64,000 nucleotides of DNA, taken from positions 119,102,001 to 119,166,000 of the forward strand of contig NC_058370.1 in NCBI RefSeq assembly GCF_018350175.1. Direction: 5' to 3'. The stretch comes from Felis catus. Lineage: Eukaryota. Positions 23,586 to 36,048 of the stretch are shown here, piece after piece; within the stretch, counting starts at the first letter, position 1, and each line of letters opens with the position of its first letter. Position numbers and translations under genes: made by a program. The notes under the pieces were generated by a model. That model ran no database searches, was not told where the DNA came from, and was given only the letters and a program-made list of their open reading frames with translations.

Positions 23586-23759
23586 AATTGAAAAAATATT
23601 TAGATTTCTATGCATAGGCAAATAAGCTATGGTATATCCACACTATGGAATACTATACTATGGTTAAAAAAGAAGGAGGTAGACCTGTGATAAAACAAGT
23701 ACCATATGATATCTTATGAATGGATAAAATGGAATCTTAAAACGTATTAAGTAACTCAA

Positions 23760-24260
23760 AAAAGAGGAAATCGAGAACAACAGATGAGATACATGGAACA
23801 CAAATAGCAAAATGGTGGATTTAAACTCAACCATATCAACAATCTCATTAAATATAAATGTTATAAGCATCACAATTAAAAGGCACAGATTATGAGTTTG
23901 GTTTTTTTTTTTTTTAAAGGCATGATCCAATTATATACTGCTTATAAGAAACCCACTTTAAATATGGCCATAAGTAGGTTAAAACACAAAGGTAGGATAA
24001 AGATATTCCATGCTAATACTAATCAAAAGAAAGCTATATTAATATCATACAAAGCAGATTTCAGAGCCAAGAATATTTCCAAGGATAAAGAAGGTCATTT
24101 CATAATGATAAAGGGATCAATTCATGAAGAGGTCATGGCAATTCTAAATGTATGTGCACTTAATAAGAAAGTTTCAATACATGACACAAAATACATGACA
24201 AAAATTACATAGAACTGCAAAGAGAAATGGACAAACACAAAATTATAGTCAGAGATTGCA
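23760..24260 (+). mobile_element. LINE-1 ORF2 endonuclease (APE) domain fragment
   Basis: ORF 23892-24212 translates KIFHANTNQKKA.ILIS.KADF..K.I.KDKEGHFIMIKGSIHEE...ILNV, classic L1 EN sequence; degraded. Confidence 0.9.
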
Positions 24261-24648
24261 AGTCGTCTTGTCTTTATTTCACAATTTTCTATTCTACTCT
24301 TTCTTTATCTCTTTAAATCAAAGAGATATCTCTTTAAATCAATCAAAGTTTAGGCCCTTTTTGGATAATTTTTTAGTCTTTAATTTCTCTTGTGTGAATT
24401 ATTCCATTTGTCAGGATGGAATGTCTATCTTGGCATTGGACTTCTCTATATATTTTATAATTTTTGTCTATGAGCTCATCTTCAACAGAGATTATTTTCC
24501 ATGTGAGTCCTGTAAGTGTTCTGAGTTATTAAGGCCTCTTATGTGGTGATTTAACTATTGTTACCTCCTATTCTTTTTTGGGTTCACCCCTTATAACCCT
24601 CTATGGTTATAGGTTTCTGTTTAATTTCTGGTGCTGAGAAATTTTCCC

Positions 24649-24649
<1 letters not shown>

Positions 24650-24698
<49 letters not shown>
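24650..24698. repeat. (TTTC)n microsatellite
   Basis: Directly visible. Confidence 0.97.
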
Positions 24699-24699
<1 letters not shown>

Positions 24700-26199
24700 C
24701 TTAGCTATGTTTTAAAATAAAGTTTTGAACAATCATATAATATTTTGCTATTTAGAGTAGGTTTGGGAAATTCTCATGTCAGATTAGTTTTTGGTTTTGA
24801 TAGAATGTGTCAAAAGGTTTCCTATGATAAAACTTTGAAATTATCCTTAGCCAATCTTTTTTCTTGTTGTCCTTTGCCCTGGAATTCTAAAATTACTTTT
24901 TAATGAGTTTGTAATAAGTTGGGTATTGTTAAACTGGGAAAAATGTCATTTTGGGATTATAAACTGTGTGCCTTTTAGGATGAATACTAAAATTTGCTTT
25001 ATGGAAGATGTTCCTTTGTTTTAGTCCATACTGCTTGGGTTGGCCCTTTTAGCTATGCTATTCTAAAGTGAGGACCTGCCTATCATTCTTAGTGAGTATG
25101 GGAGAACACTGATGGGGCCCTAAAGGAGATTTCTTAGATTGTTAATACCTTTTAGTAATTTACATTGGATTAATTTGTGAAATTCTGCCCCTGAGCATTG
25201 TTTTATTTAGAGCACCACCGTCTCCTAATTTGGAATCAGACTACCCTATCCCTGAAATTGGTGTGTTCTTGCAAAGCGGTGTGTGTTACTCTGGGAACAA
25301 TTGTTTGCAAAAGACGTGGGGCTGGGATGGAGAAGAATGTGGGAGAGGAGTGCTTACTTCTTCACCTTAGACTGGAGAAAACAACTATGCAAATGACCAC
25401 ATTAGGCCTGGCACAGCCCAGCCTAGACCTTGGGAGTGGGTGTCCCACATGTCTTCTGCTTTAACCTCACTGACCATCCTGATTTTGGAGAGATGTCCTG
25501 ACAGGTATTTTGTTTTGATATCGCTATTGTCAGTAATGCTTGGAAAAGGCAAACTCTGGGGCAGGAAAGGAAGACTTGGAAGGCAGATCTTAGATGCGAG
25601 TGAGAGGGAAAAAACTACTTCCAGGTGCTGGGGTGAGGGCATTACTTAGATCTGGACTCCAAGGAAGGGGAATAATTGGGATATCACTGGCCACATAGAG
25701 GCAGTTAGTCCACATAGCGGACTTGCAAAGGACTTTGAAGTTAGCTTGGGGCTGGGGGCTCAGCAGAGCCACTTCTAAGAACGGTTATAGTATACTTTCT
25801 AGTATGTACTTCCCTCCCCACGTCTGCCTATGATTTCAGGTGGCATTGTTAACTTGTCTTTGGCTGTGGTGTAAAGAATTGGGAGAGATCCTGGCCCATG
25901 CTTTGGGTGAGGAACCAAGGCCTGTCTGGATCTGGGTGTCGTGATGCCTGGGAAGAGAACAAGGCAGAGAGTGGTAGGCACTGATCTGAGCAGGAAGCCA
26001 AGGCCAGAGCATAGAGGGCTTTATAAACCTTTCCAAGGAACTGCACTTTACCTTGTAGGCTCTGGGGAGCTATTGCAAGATACCAAGCAAGATGGTGGCC
26101 TCTTCTGCCTTTGTGTGGCCAGCACTCTTTTATCCCTCTCTTTCCTGTGGTGTACGTATTCCGTATGATGTGAGTAGAGCTGAGTTTAATCTTCTCAAG

Positions 26200-26680
26200 A
26201 ACAGGGAATGTGCCTGTGACCCAGGCCAGGCAAACAGGAGCAACTGACCTCCTGGCCACAGGGAGGAGTCTGTGATTCAACTTTGGGTTCGCGAATCAGG
26301 CCTAGGACTTTTCTGACAGCTGTTCAAGAGACCATCTGTTTCTAGTGGGGTCTCTAAACTGATAGAATATGCATCTAGGTCTCCTGGTGGCCAAGAGGCT
26401 TCCTGCCATGTGGAGTGCAAATAATTGAGAGATGGTGTGAGACAGAGCCCTCAGGCTGTAGTTTGAAGTACAGGATCCAGCCGTGGGTAATGCCAAGTAG
26501 AAATAGGCACTTGGAAGAGAGAGAGAGAGGATGAGAGAGAGACAGAGGAAACCCCAAGGACATTGTTGAGCTACTGGATCCCAGCCAGTCCTTTCTTTTA
26601 CAGAAGCCAATAATTTTTTTCCTGCTTAATCTAATCTGTTGTATTTCTCTCGCTTAGAAGTAAAAGTTCTCACTAACAGT
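26200..26680 (+). mobile_element. Old MaLR LTR (MLT1J/K-like)
   Basis: GTGACCCAGGCCAGGC...TGCCATGTGGAG...GGATCCAGCC...AGCCAATAATT...TGCTTAA...CTAACA. Confidence 0.6.
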
Positions 26681-27243
26681 TGTATGTGCTCCTGATTTGT
26701 TCTTCCCTAGATTCAATATTCCCAATTCTTTTGACAATTTGAGATGGTTCCTGGATCCTTTCCACTGTGGTCATGGTCCTCTGGATGGAGATATCCACAC
26801 TAGTGTCCCTGGGGGACCTTCTCTGTAAGGGTTATATTTATAATAAAGTACACGATTAACTCTTCTCTGAAGAAATCAAGATATAAGGTTGATACCTGTG
26901 GATTAGGTGCTGGGAGGCCTTTTGAGGGGGCTCTCGGTCGCAGCAATGTGTGACTTGAGGTACCTACATTTCTATAAAGAATGAAGCACCTTGGCCGTAC
27001 CATGGGGAGTTCCCAGAGGCCAGCACCTTGAGCAACTTCAGATTCTAAGTGGGAAGAAAAGTGGAAAAAAATGGGTCCTCGTTTATGGCCAACAATATCC
27101 CAGCCTGCCCTAAAATATAGATGAAACCATTCAGTCATCTTTAACTGGCTGTTAATGAGCCAATCAATAATTTAAAAGTGGCTTTAAGAAACAGCAAGAG
27201 GAAGGGGGCAGGGAGACTCTAGGGCCAGACCTTATCATAATCT

Positions 27244-27245
<2 letters not shown>

Positions 27246-27283
<38 letters not shown>
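27246..27283. repeat. (GT)19 microsatellite
   Basis: Directly visible. Confidence 0.97.
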
Positions 27284-27286
<3 letters not shown>

Positions 27287-28001
27287 AGGGAATAGTGAGT
27301 CCACTTCCTTTCTTATCCTCCAAGGGTCTGTAATCCTTCTGGTTAAGGTGGGCTGAGGACCTGACTTCAACAGAACAGTCCTGGGCTTAGACTCCCAGGT
27401 GATGAATCTTCTCAAGTGCCCCTTATAGACTGCTCTGAACCTCACCGCATCCTGCTTTTCGCTTCTACTGTGATCACATAGTAAGTTACACACAAGAGTA
27501 AAATCCCAAAGTCTACCATTTTGGGTGTTCCCAAGTCCTTGGCCATATGGAGTCACGTTGCCTTTTAATAACCAAGAGAAAATGGATCAAACCCTCAACC
27601 CACCATAGAGCAAAACCCAGGTTTCCCCCCTGCCCTCCCTGGGCTTCTGGGGATTTGTTCCCAATCTCCTCTTACTGTTTCTATTCAATTCCCTTCCTTC
27701 TTTCCATCCTTCTCTCCCTCCTCTTTCCCCCCCACACCCCTCCCTTTCTGAGGCTGTTTTCTTCCCTCCGCCTTGTATCAAGACAAATGCAAAACCGAGA
27801 TCCTTTTCCTTGATTTCTCCACAGTAGCCCTAGCACAGAGCATATGTAACACATTTTCCCTACACAAATCTGGGAGATCTGTGCTGCGTCTTAGCTCAGA
27901 AAACACCTTAAAGTTGGATGTCAGATATTCTCTTGGCCAGCCCGCCCCATCCCCAGCTAGCCAGGTCATCCTCTTAAGACCCAGCATTCACCTGTTCCAG
28001 G

Positions 28002-28043
28002 TCTCTCTCTCTCTCTCTCTCATTCTCTCTCTCATTCTCTCTC
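28002..28043. repeat. CT-rich compound repeat, (CT)n with a repeated ATTCTCTCTCTC 12-mer
   Basis: Directly visible. Confidence 0.9.
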
Positions 28044-30789
28044 TCATTCTCTCTCTCTCTCTCGTCTCCCCACCTCCACAGCAAGTTTCTCCTCCAGAGC
28101 AGCTCTTTCCCACCCACTGCCCCAGACTGCCTCTGGGCCAATCTCTGTCTGCCCAGAAAACATTAAGGACCAGCTGTGAAATTACTTTTTCCTTTAACAC
28201 AATCAAATTATTCATCTTAACTCCTTCGCCTACCCATCTCTACAGGCATGTGAAGATCCATCATCCCTTGATATGAAGTACGCCACTCCCTTGGAAGGCA
28301 GAAGTGGCCAGAACAGTTTTGTTGTTGTTAAAATTGCAGCATTGTCTTTCCTACTATAGCTCAGGGACGCTTCTGTCGGCCCCACCTGCCTAGTCCTATA
28401 TATCCTCCCCCCACCTCTGCATCAGGCACCACCCCTCCCTTGTCAGCACCTCCTTAGCCCCATCCTACCTCCCCCATCCAGGAGCCTCTGGAAACAGCCC
28501 AAACTCCTATTTTCCCAGTTCTTGCTGCCCAGGGGTACCCTGAGCCGTAAGAAGGTTCTCTTCCCCCTCCAGCAGCGAGATCTTAGGAGTTCTGCAGCTT
28601 CGGCTTACCTGGGAGCACTCTGTCTCTATGTGGCTGAGGGTCTCACAGTGTGTGATTCAAACCCAGGGCCCCTAGAGCCCTACATGGTCAAAGAATGGTG
28701 AGGCCTGGCAAATCCCCAGTACTTGCTGGAGCACCCAGCCGATGGCAAGCATCAAGAAATGTTCATCTGTCTAAATCGGAGCTCCATTGCAGCCAGGCCC
28801 CGGAGGGAAGCAGTCAGACTGGAATTTGGTCTCCCAAATGTTGCACAAACTGCAGACCTGACTCCTGTCTACTCCTGCACTGCCCCTGTGGGTCCGTGAC
28901 CTGGCAGCCTGGGGTGGACAAAAGGACACTACCCTGAGAGTGAAGGAAGACCCAAGGCTTCTGGGCTGGTTCTTCTATAAACTCATTTCAGCCATTGGAC
29001 ACCCCTGCCCCTATATGGGTCTCTGTCTCCTCAGCTGCAAAACGAGAGGTTGGACTAGATGAGGTCCAGAGGCCTAGAGCCCAGTCCTGGGTGGGGGGGC
29101 AGGGGGGAGGTGGCCATCTTACCTCCGGGTTGGAGCTCATTACTTTGTGGGCCACTGTGCTCACCTGTGTGGGCAGTGGCTGTGTAGCCCTGAGCTGGGG
29201 GCAGAGATTGAGGCTGTGCTGGTGCCTGACCTTGGAGGATGAGGATGCCGGAGATTTCTGAGGGACCGAAGGGAGGCCAGTGCGGCTGGGGGGGAGGGTA
29301 GTGGGGGAGGGAGAGTCACTCAAGGTGCGGCTGGTGCAGTGGCCCAGACCAGAGAGGTGACCAGGGTGAGGCAGTGGAGCTGGAGAAACATGCATGGATT
29401 CAGGATATGTTTGAGGCAGAAATGGTTGGCTGTTGTGATAAATATGGCAGTGGTGAAAGTTCCGGATGCCTGGGTCTCTCAGCACTTTGTTTAGGGCCAT
29501 GCTCGCTAGCACTCACTTCCTTCCGGCCATTTATACATCAGGGAGGCTCAGCCAGGCTCCAGAGGAAGGATGGTCAGGGGGATTGAGGGCTCACCGAACT
29601 TTGCTGCCAGCTTACCTTAGAGACTGAGGTGGGACCCTCTTGTCTCCCGCACAGGGGCACCAGGAAGGGTAAGAACTGGTGGCAACGGAAGGTGGGAAGG
29701 GGGTGGCACTTGGCTTCCCCACTGGATCGGTGCGGGGCAGGACACTCCAAGTGTCAGTGGTCTCCAGTCCCTGAACTGTCTTTATTAGCTGCCTGTTGTC
29801 TACGGCAGTGAGGAATGGCTCCCAGCTGGCCAGCTGATCTAATTTCAGGAACCGTCTCTTCCAAGAGATGGTTCACACTCAGCTGGGTCTGCTTCAACTC
29901 CCAGAGGCCTCTGGGCTGATTTCCTGCTGCAGGGTTCTACTGGCTGGGTCTGGCAGGCAGGGCGACTCAATCGTCTGGCTTTGCCCGGCAGGAGATTGGG
30001 GGCATCTTTGGGAATGGAGAAGGAGGGAGGGTCACCGGGGACAGGAGAAGAGAGAGAACAGCAAATAGGGGCTTGGTGTGAGAGGGGTGGGCTATTTGCT
30101 AAATAAAATTTAAATCCTTAGCATGGTTTCTGCCAAGAAGAGAGAAGTGCTGATAAAAACCATATGTCTCTAAGTAAGTGGAATGAGGAACCCTGCTTTG
30201 TGTGCGCGTGTGCGAAAGATGCGGCTGTCGGTCTCCCATGCAATGGAAAAATCTCTATTTTAAAGAATACGATGTTAAGAGGCACTCTGAGACAAACCAC
30301 ATTTCGCAATTAAGTAGTTTACAAGGTCGGCAAAGGAAGGACAAAATAAACCGGCTGAAAACAGTCTTGCTCAATACCAAAATTTGTGTAAAAGTTCAAT
30401 GTTGCAGTCAGAAACTATATTACAGGCTTATCATGTCGTTTTACAAAAATAGCCCCAAAGATAAGACTCTTTCAGGATGGGGAAGAAATTAAAAATGCTT
30501 TAAGTACTGGTGCAGATATTGTATTTCCTGACGCTTGAAGAGTAATTTTTGTAAAATGTAAACGATGTCGTTTTTCTTTTTTTGCTTTTTCTAAACGGAC
30601 CCTGCAGCACACTACAGCCAAACAGAGACGCAAATGTAACTACTGTTCATTCTGCAGAACAGGAATCGTATTTCTTCCTCCAACATTCAAATTCCAACTG
30701 GCCTGCCCTGAATTTCCTCCCTAGAATGCTGGCCTGACCAGCCCCGCCCTGTTCTCCATCCTTCTCACAGGCCGAAACCCATGGGGCCC

Positions 30790-31700
30790 CGTGGGTGCCC
30801 TTCCTCCCGGCTGATGGAAGACGTTAGCCGTTCTTCAAGGATGTTAATTTCCAACCTCCGCCCCTTCCACTTTAATTCCCATTTGACGCTTTTGCATAGA
30901 GATTCCAGTTCCCTGGTGAAATTGTCGATCTTGTCACTTACTTCCTTGACCGTATGAACCCCAGTTGTCCGAAAGTCTGGGTCAGATGACGCCAATACCT
31001 GGATCACTTGTGGATCTGCTTCTGGGATGGAGATGCTTTGTTGGCTCTGACTGATGTTATTTTTCATCAGAGGATTTATTTTGGCTCTCTGAAAGGCAGT
31101 TCAGGCATCGGAAGGCCATCCTGGTCCAGTCTGGGTTGAGCTGGTCTGAAGCTGCCTGTTGGACTTTGAGAGGTCTGCCCTGTTCCCAGCTCGCCCTTCC
31201 TCCTGGTGCCTCACCCTCTGGGGTTCTCCCTGGGAGGTTGGGTTGTTTTCTGGGGCCCTTCCTCTTCAGTGGGGCTCTGATTCCCCGTTTATTCCCCCTG
31301 TCCCATCTGACTGCCAAGAACTCGGCTTGGCTTCCCAGTTTCTCAGCGGTGCTTTGGGTTCAGCCCTTTACTAACCCGGCCCCTGCTGCTTATGAATCTG
31401 CAAATGCCTTCGGGGAAAAGGGCCTGGCATTGACAGCTTCTCTTCTCCCAGATGACTTGGCTTGCCTGAGCATCTGGAACTCCAAATTTGTGTCCCTGCC
31501 CCTTGAGATTGCCGAAACCTCCAGCTAAAGTTCTCAGGCTCTTATCTATCACTCTCTGCTTGGTTCTTAGCCTCTTGGCTCCGTGCAAATCACTAATCAG
31601 TGGTGCTGGAAGGAGGAGGGTGGCACTGAGTGTCACCTCCGCGAGTTCCCCTTCTCTCTGGGGTGCTGACCTCTCAAGTCCTGGCTACCTGCAAACAGGT
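30790..31700 (-). mobile_element. Ancient LINE-1 5' UTR plus ORF1 N-terminal coiled-coil remnant
   Basis: ORF 30765-31067(-) EADPQVIQVLASSDPDFRT...KEVSDKIDNFTRELES resembles old L1M ORF1p (E.DP.M.QMLELSDKDFK....K...KMDNF.RELES). Confidence 0.7.
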
Positions 31701-31784
31701 GGCTTTTGGATTTTGTCCAGATCATTCCTAGCAGGAGCACTGGCCTTTAATGGGTTACTCTGACGTTACAGGAAGTGGATTTTT

Positions 31785-33085
31785 CTATCTACTTCCTTAG
31801 AATGTAAGCTCCCTGAGGGCAGGGTGTTTCCATCACCACTGTGATCCCTGGCTGATCTCAGCTACAGCTTTAAGTATCAACTATGCCTGGAAATTTTCGC
31901 ATGCTGTCTCCAGCCCAGAGCTCTGTTCTGAACTCTCAGCCCTACGTATCTATCACTTGTCTTTGCCACGTGGCTGTTGTACAGACACTCAACATGTCCA
32001 AAATCTTGTTCTTCCCCCTTAATCTGTCCCTGTCCCAGGCTCCCAGCTCAGGAAGAGCCCTCTCCTCTATCTGCCTGCTGCCTTTGTCTGAGACCCAAAG
32101 GTCACATTGACAATTGCCGCCACTTCTCTTCCCACATCAGTGGCCCACGTTGCTGACTCCACGTTAAAATGTCACATGACATCATCCAGTCCTCTCTTCC
32201 CCACCACAGCCCTGTCCCAGGACTGTTCCTTTCCCCTGGGACATTCAGTAGTCTCCTCACATTCTTCCCCAAAGCCACGCTGGTCTCCTTCCAGCATGTT
32301 CACCAGCCACCCGACAGCAGAGTGATCTCTTGAAAGCAAAAATCTGATTGTGTCATTTCTCTGCATCATATTGTTCAATGACGTCCCATTGTTTTTTTTT
32401 TGTTTTTTTTTTTTTACTGACCTCATGAAATTTATTTATTTATTTTTTTTCAATATATGAAATTTATTGTCAGATTGGTTTCCATACAACACCCAGTGCT
32501 CATCCCAAAAGGTGCCCTCCTCAGTACCCATCACCCACCCTCCCGTCCCTCCCACCCCCCATCAACCCTCAGTTTGTTCTCAGTTTCCCATTGCTTTTAA
32601 GAGAGCTTTGAAGATAAACCCTCCAGGAGCCACCGCCCTGCGTGTTCTACCCCCAGCTCCCTCCCGGGCTCAGCTTAACTGACTGTGGCCCTTGGCATGG
32701 CCCATCCTGAGGGCCTACTTGGTTTTGCCAGCATCTTGAGTCCCTCTCGGCCCTGCGGGCCTTCATGCATGTTCTTCTCCTGCTGGGAGAAGTTCATCCT
32801 TCAGGTTTCAGCTTAACGTCCCCTCCTCATAGGAGCTTCCCTGCCCCCAGAGTTGGTTAGGTGCCCATACGAGCTCGCTGTCACTGCATCCTGCACTCTG
32901 AGTTCATAGAACTCAGCACATCAGAATAAACAGTGAATCAGGTGATTATCGAAGATGCTTTTCCCCTCCTGGGCTCTAATCTTGAGGCCGGAGGCTGTTT
33001 GTCTTGGTCAGCACTCTATCCCCAGCTCTAGCAAGGTGTCTGGAGCATCCTAGAAGATTCATAAATAATTTTTGGAGTGAGTAAA
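31785..33085 (+). mobile_element. LINE-2 fragments (RT 3' region to tail), split by a young L1 insertion
   Basis: TAGAATGTAAGCTCCCTGAGGGCAGG; CTCAACATGTCCAAA; CAGAGTGATCT..AAATCTGATTGTGTCA; CATCCTTCAGGTTTCAGCTTAA; tail ATAAATAATTTTTGGAGTGAGT. Confidence 0.8.
32392..32585 (-). mobile_element. Very short young felid L1 3' end with a double A tail
   Basis: AATTTATTGTCAGATTGGTTTCCATACAACACCCAGTGCTCATCCCAAAAGGTGCCCTCC; TSD TCCCATTG. Confidence 0.93.
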
Positions 33086-34968
33086 AGACCAACAAGGACA
33101 GCCAGCCACCTCCCACCCCTAGCTCCCCAGCAGAAAAAGCAACACAGGGGGTATAGGGCAGAGAGAGGGCGGCGGGGATATGGGGTTTCTAGCTAGCGAG
33201 TGTCAGAGTGTGGCTATAAAAATGAGGAATTCTAAACAGTCTAATGAAGTCTTCTTATTGTCGGACTTAGCGCACTGGCTGGGGAGCCAGCAGACCTGGG
33301 TTCCAGTCCCAGGTCTGGCACAAATCATGACAAATAACATTCGTATAACGCTTCACAGGGCATTTCCACAGATGGGATTTCATTGAATCAACTCAGTGAC
33401 CTCTGGCAAGCAACTCTTAGAGGCTTGTTGCGAGGGAGGACACCAGGGAGGAGTGGGGTTCCAGAACCCTCCTCTCTCCCCTGGGATCACAGGCAGGTTT
33501 CCTCCTGGGCCCTGAGCCCACGCATCTATAAAATGAAGGAGTCCGACGAGATGATCTTTAAGGCTTATCAATGGCGATTCAGAACTCAAAATTCAGAACT
33601 ACTCCAATCAGAAAGCAAAGTAGCACAATAGCAGGGTAGCATATCCCTCGCCCCCGGCTCCTGATAATACCGTGGGCGCCCCAGCGAGGGTTCACAAGAA
33701 AGCAGGAAGCAGGACAGAAAGCAGGACTTTTGTGTAGGTGGTGTTTTTGAGAGCCAGCCCCAAGAAGCAGGAGTGAGAGGCTGGGGAGAGGCAGAGGTAG
33801 AGGAAAAAGCCCAGGTAGGTTAGTGTGTGCAGATCATGGCTTCTGTCTTGAAGGGCCATGATCTCACCGGGACCTCCTGAGAAGCCACAGAACCCATCCC
33901 AGAGCTGTCACCCAGAATTACAGGCGCGGGAGCCTTTCTCCAGCAGTGTGGATGTTTGCCCTCGGGAGTGTCAGCTGAACTTCTGGGCTGTGCTCACCCA
34001 CAGACTGAGGAGACTTCTTGGTAGAGACGTCGCAGGGCAGAAAGTTCAAGAATCCTTGAGGGCAGTTGGAGGCAGGACAAGCTCACGGAGACTTGTCCCC
34101 GCAACAGCGCCCAAAGTCAAGGTGGGACCTGGGGCACCAGGATGTTTGACGCAGGTCGCAAAGGGGCAGGGGCACTGCCATCTGGGCCCTTGCAACAATG
34201 GTCCTGGACTTTCCTCCGCTGTCCCCACAGGTCCTCTGCCCTGGGAGTGCCGATGCCCCCACCCTCTTTTCTGTGTAGTTCTTAGTGTACAGGGCCATCA
34301 AAATGGGGTTGGGAGTATGTCTGTCCACCCGGGCAATTCAGATGGGGCTCCGGCAGAGCCTTGGAGAACAAGCCATGGTCCTCCTGGGCTATCCTTGAGC
34401 ACTGGCCTGCTGGCTCTGTGATGGAGAGCCCTGTCTCACTGTGAGGAAGTGGGTCGCTCACGACGCTCCTCCCTTGGGCAGGAGGGGGTACTCCCCCAAA
34501 GGTTAACAAAGGGTCTGCCTGCAGGCTTGGGGCTCCCCAGGCCTGGCAGTGGCGGTGCTCCCAGCTGGGAGACGCTTGCTCCTCCTCCCTGATGCTGTGA
34601 TGCTCCTTCTCTGTCCTTCTGTTATAAACTCTGGACCCAGCTTCCCTCAGCCTTCCCTTTGAGTCCTCAGAAGTCTGATTTGTTAATAAAAAAAAGGAAC
34701 AGTGGCTGCTTCTAGCTTTTTTCCTCCGCTATAAAAATTCTACTTGGTCCCCAGGCAATGCGAATGGGAGACTAAAGGGAAAAAAAAATGTCTTTTATGG
34801 GAAGGTGGATAAAAAAACGCAAGGATTTAAGGTTTAAGATATTATCTGCCCACGTTCTTCCTCTGAGGGAATCTGTTCGACCCCCAAATAAATTTCATCC
34901 TCCTCCAGGAGAGGAAAGGGCCTTTGTTTCTCTGACCATACACCCCATCCGCACCCCAGATTTCCTGG

Positions 34969-35610
34969 TGTTGTATAATAAAGAATTTGGGTGGCTTATG
35001 TGTCCCTGACTCCTGGAAGGTAACCTCTACATTTGGGGAATTTCCCAAATGATAGGAGTGTCTTCATTATTCTCTGTGGGCCACTCAGACCATGACTGTG
35101 TTCATGCTAATCAGATGAATCAGGACAGAAGGACCAACCGTGCGATTAGAGGGTTGGGGTTTCGAGACAGGTGACGTCAGCCTGACCTCTGGGAAGGGTA
35201 GAGGGGCTGAGGATTAAGTTCAATCACATGACCACTGATTCTATCAATAATGTTTACATCAAGAAACACTCTGGACTGGGGCTCAGGTCAGCTCTTCCTA
35301 ATTTGTGTTACACGCATTCGTGATCCAGGATGATGGTGCCTCCCACGAATGCAGAAGCTTCACATTTGAGACTCTTTCAGACACACACTAAGAGGGGTCT
35401 CTTCATTGGCTCGTCCTGATTTGTGCCCTTTATAATAAAACCGTGGTCACCGGTACGGTGCTTTCCCAAGTGCTGCGAGTTGTTCTAGTGAATTACCAAA
35501 TTTGAGGGGATAAAGCTTGTGGCTGGTGTCTGAAGTGGGGGAAGTCTTGTGGCTGATGGGGTCTTTAACCCGTGAAGTCTGTGCTAATTCCAGGATCAGA
35601 GCTGCCTTAC
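34969..35610 (+). mobile_element. MER21-family LTR
   Basis: TGTTGTATAATAAAGAATTTGG...GACCAACCGTGCGATTAGAGGGTTGGGG...GTTCAATCAC...CTTTATAATAAAACCG...GTGTCTGAAGTGGGGG. Confidence 0.8.
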
Positions 35611-35986
35611 CCTTAGATATCTCTATCTGCTTCCTACCACTGCCTGGGGGAGGCTCAGTCTCCCCCAGACATAGGCTCTTTTCCACCTTCTCCCCAGAAG
35701 GCAGGCCCAGAGGCTTGAGTTGGGCCCGGAGGGAACCGGCCCAGGCAAAGAAGGTCATGTGTGGTGCGGAGAGCAGCCAGCTTGCTTGAGGGCAGTGGGA
35801 GGTATGGGGTGTGCCTGGCCCCCTCCTCCTCCCTGCTGCTGTCGGTGTGCAGGCTCCAGCCTAGCTCATCTGGGGACGGTCACTGGGGCCGGCTGGATCG
35901 GCCCTTCCTAGGCCAGAGCTCTCCCTTGCTTCCCTGGTCCCTCCAGCTACTCATACTCCAGCGCTCTCTTCCTGGCTGAGTCTTTC

Positions 35987-35988
<2 letters not shown>

Positions 35989-36037
<49 letters not shown>

Positions 36038-36048
36038 CGCGCGCGCGC
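35989..36048. repeat. (GT)20(GC)10 alternating purine-pyrimidine tract
   Basis: Directly visible. Confidence 0.98.

Larger units (their letters stand above)
17400..23700 (+). mobile_element. Ancient L1 (L1ME-like) ORF2/3' remnant, present as colinear pieces at about 17400-18010, 18845-19200, 22130-22170, 22525-22622 and 23013-23700
   Basis: Pieces occur in L1 order: ACAAGCTAATTCTA...CAAGAATAGCCA, CAATGGAACAGAGTA, CCCCTACCTCACACCATATACAAAA, ACAAAAGGTTA...AAGAACTC, TTGGCAAGGATGTAGGGAA, TATGGTATATCCACACTATGGAATACTA. Confidence 0.75.

Noticed and set aside
23892-24212. Endonuclease-like ORF as a functional nuclease gene
   Set aside because: It is a truncated, frameshifted L1 ORF2 endonuclease remnant.
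34725-34740. TATA-like CTATAAAAA as a promoter
   Set aside because: It is an isolated motif with no CpG island or recognisable downstream exon.
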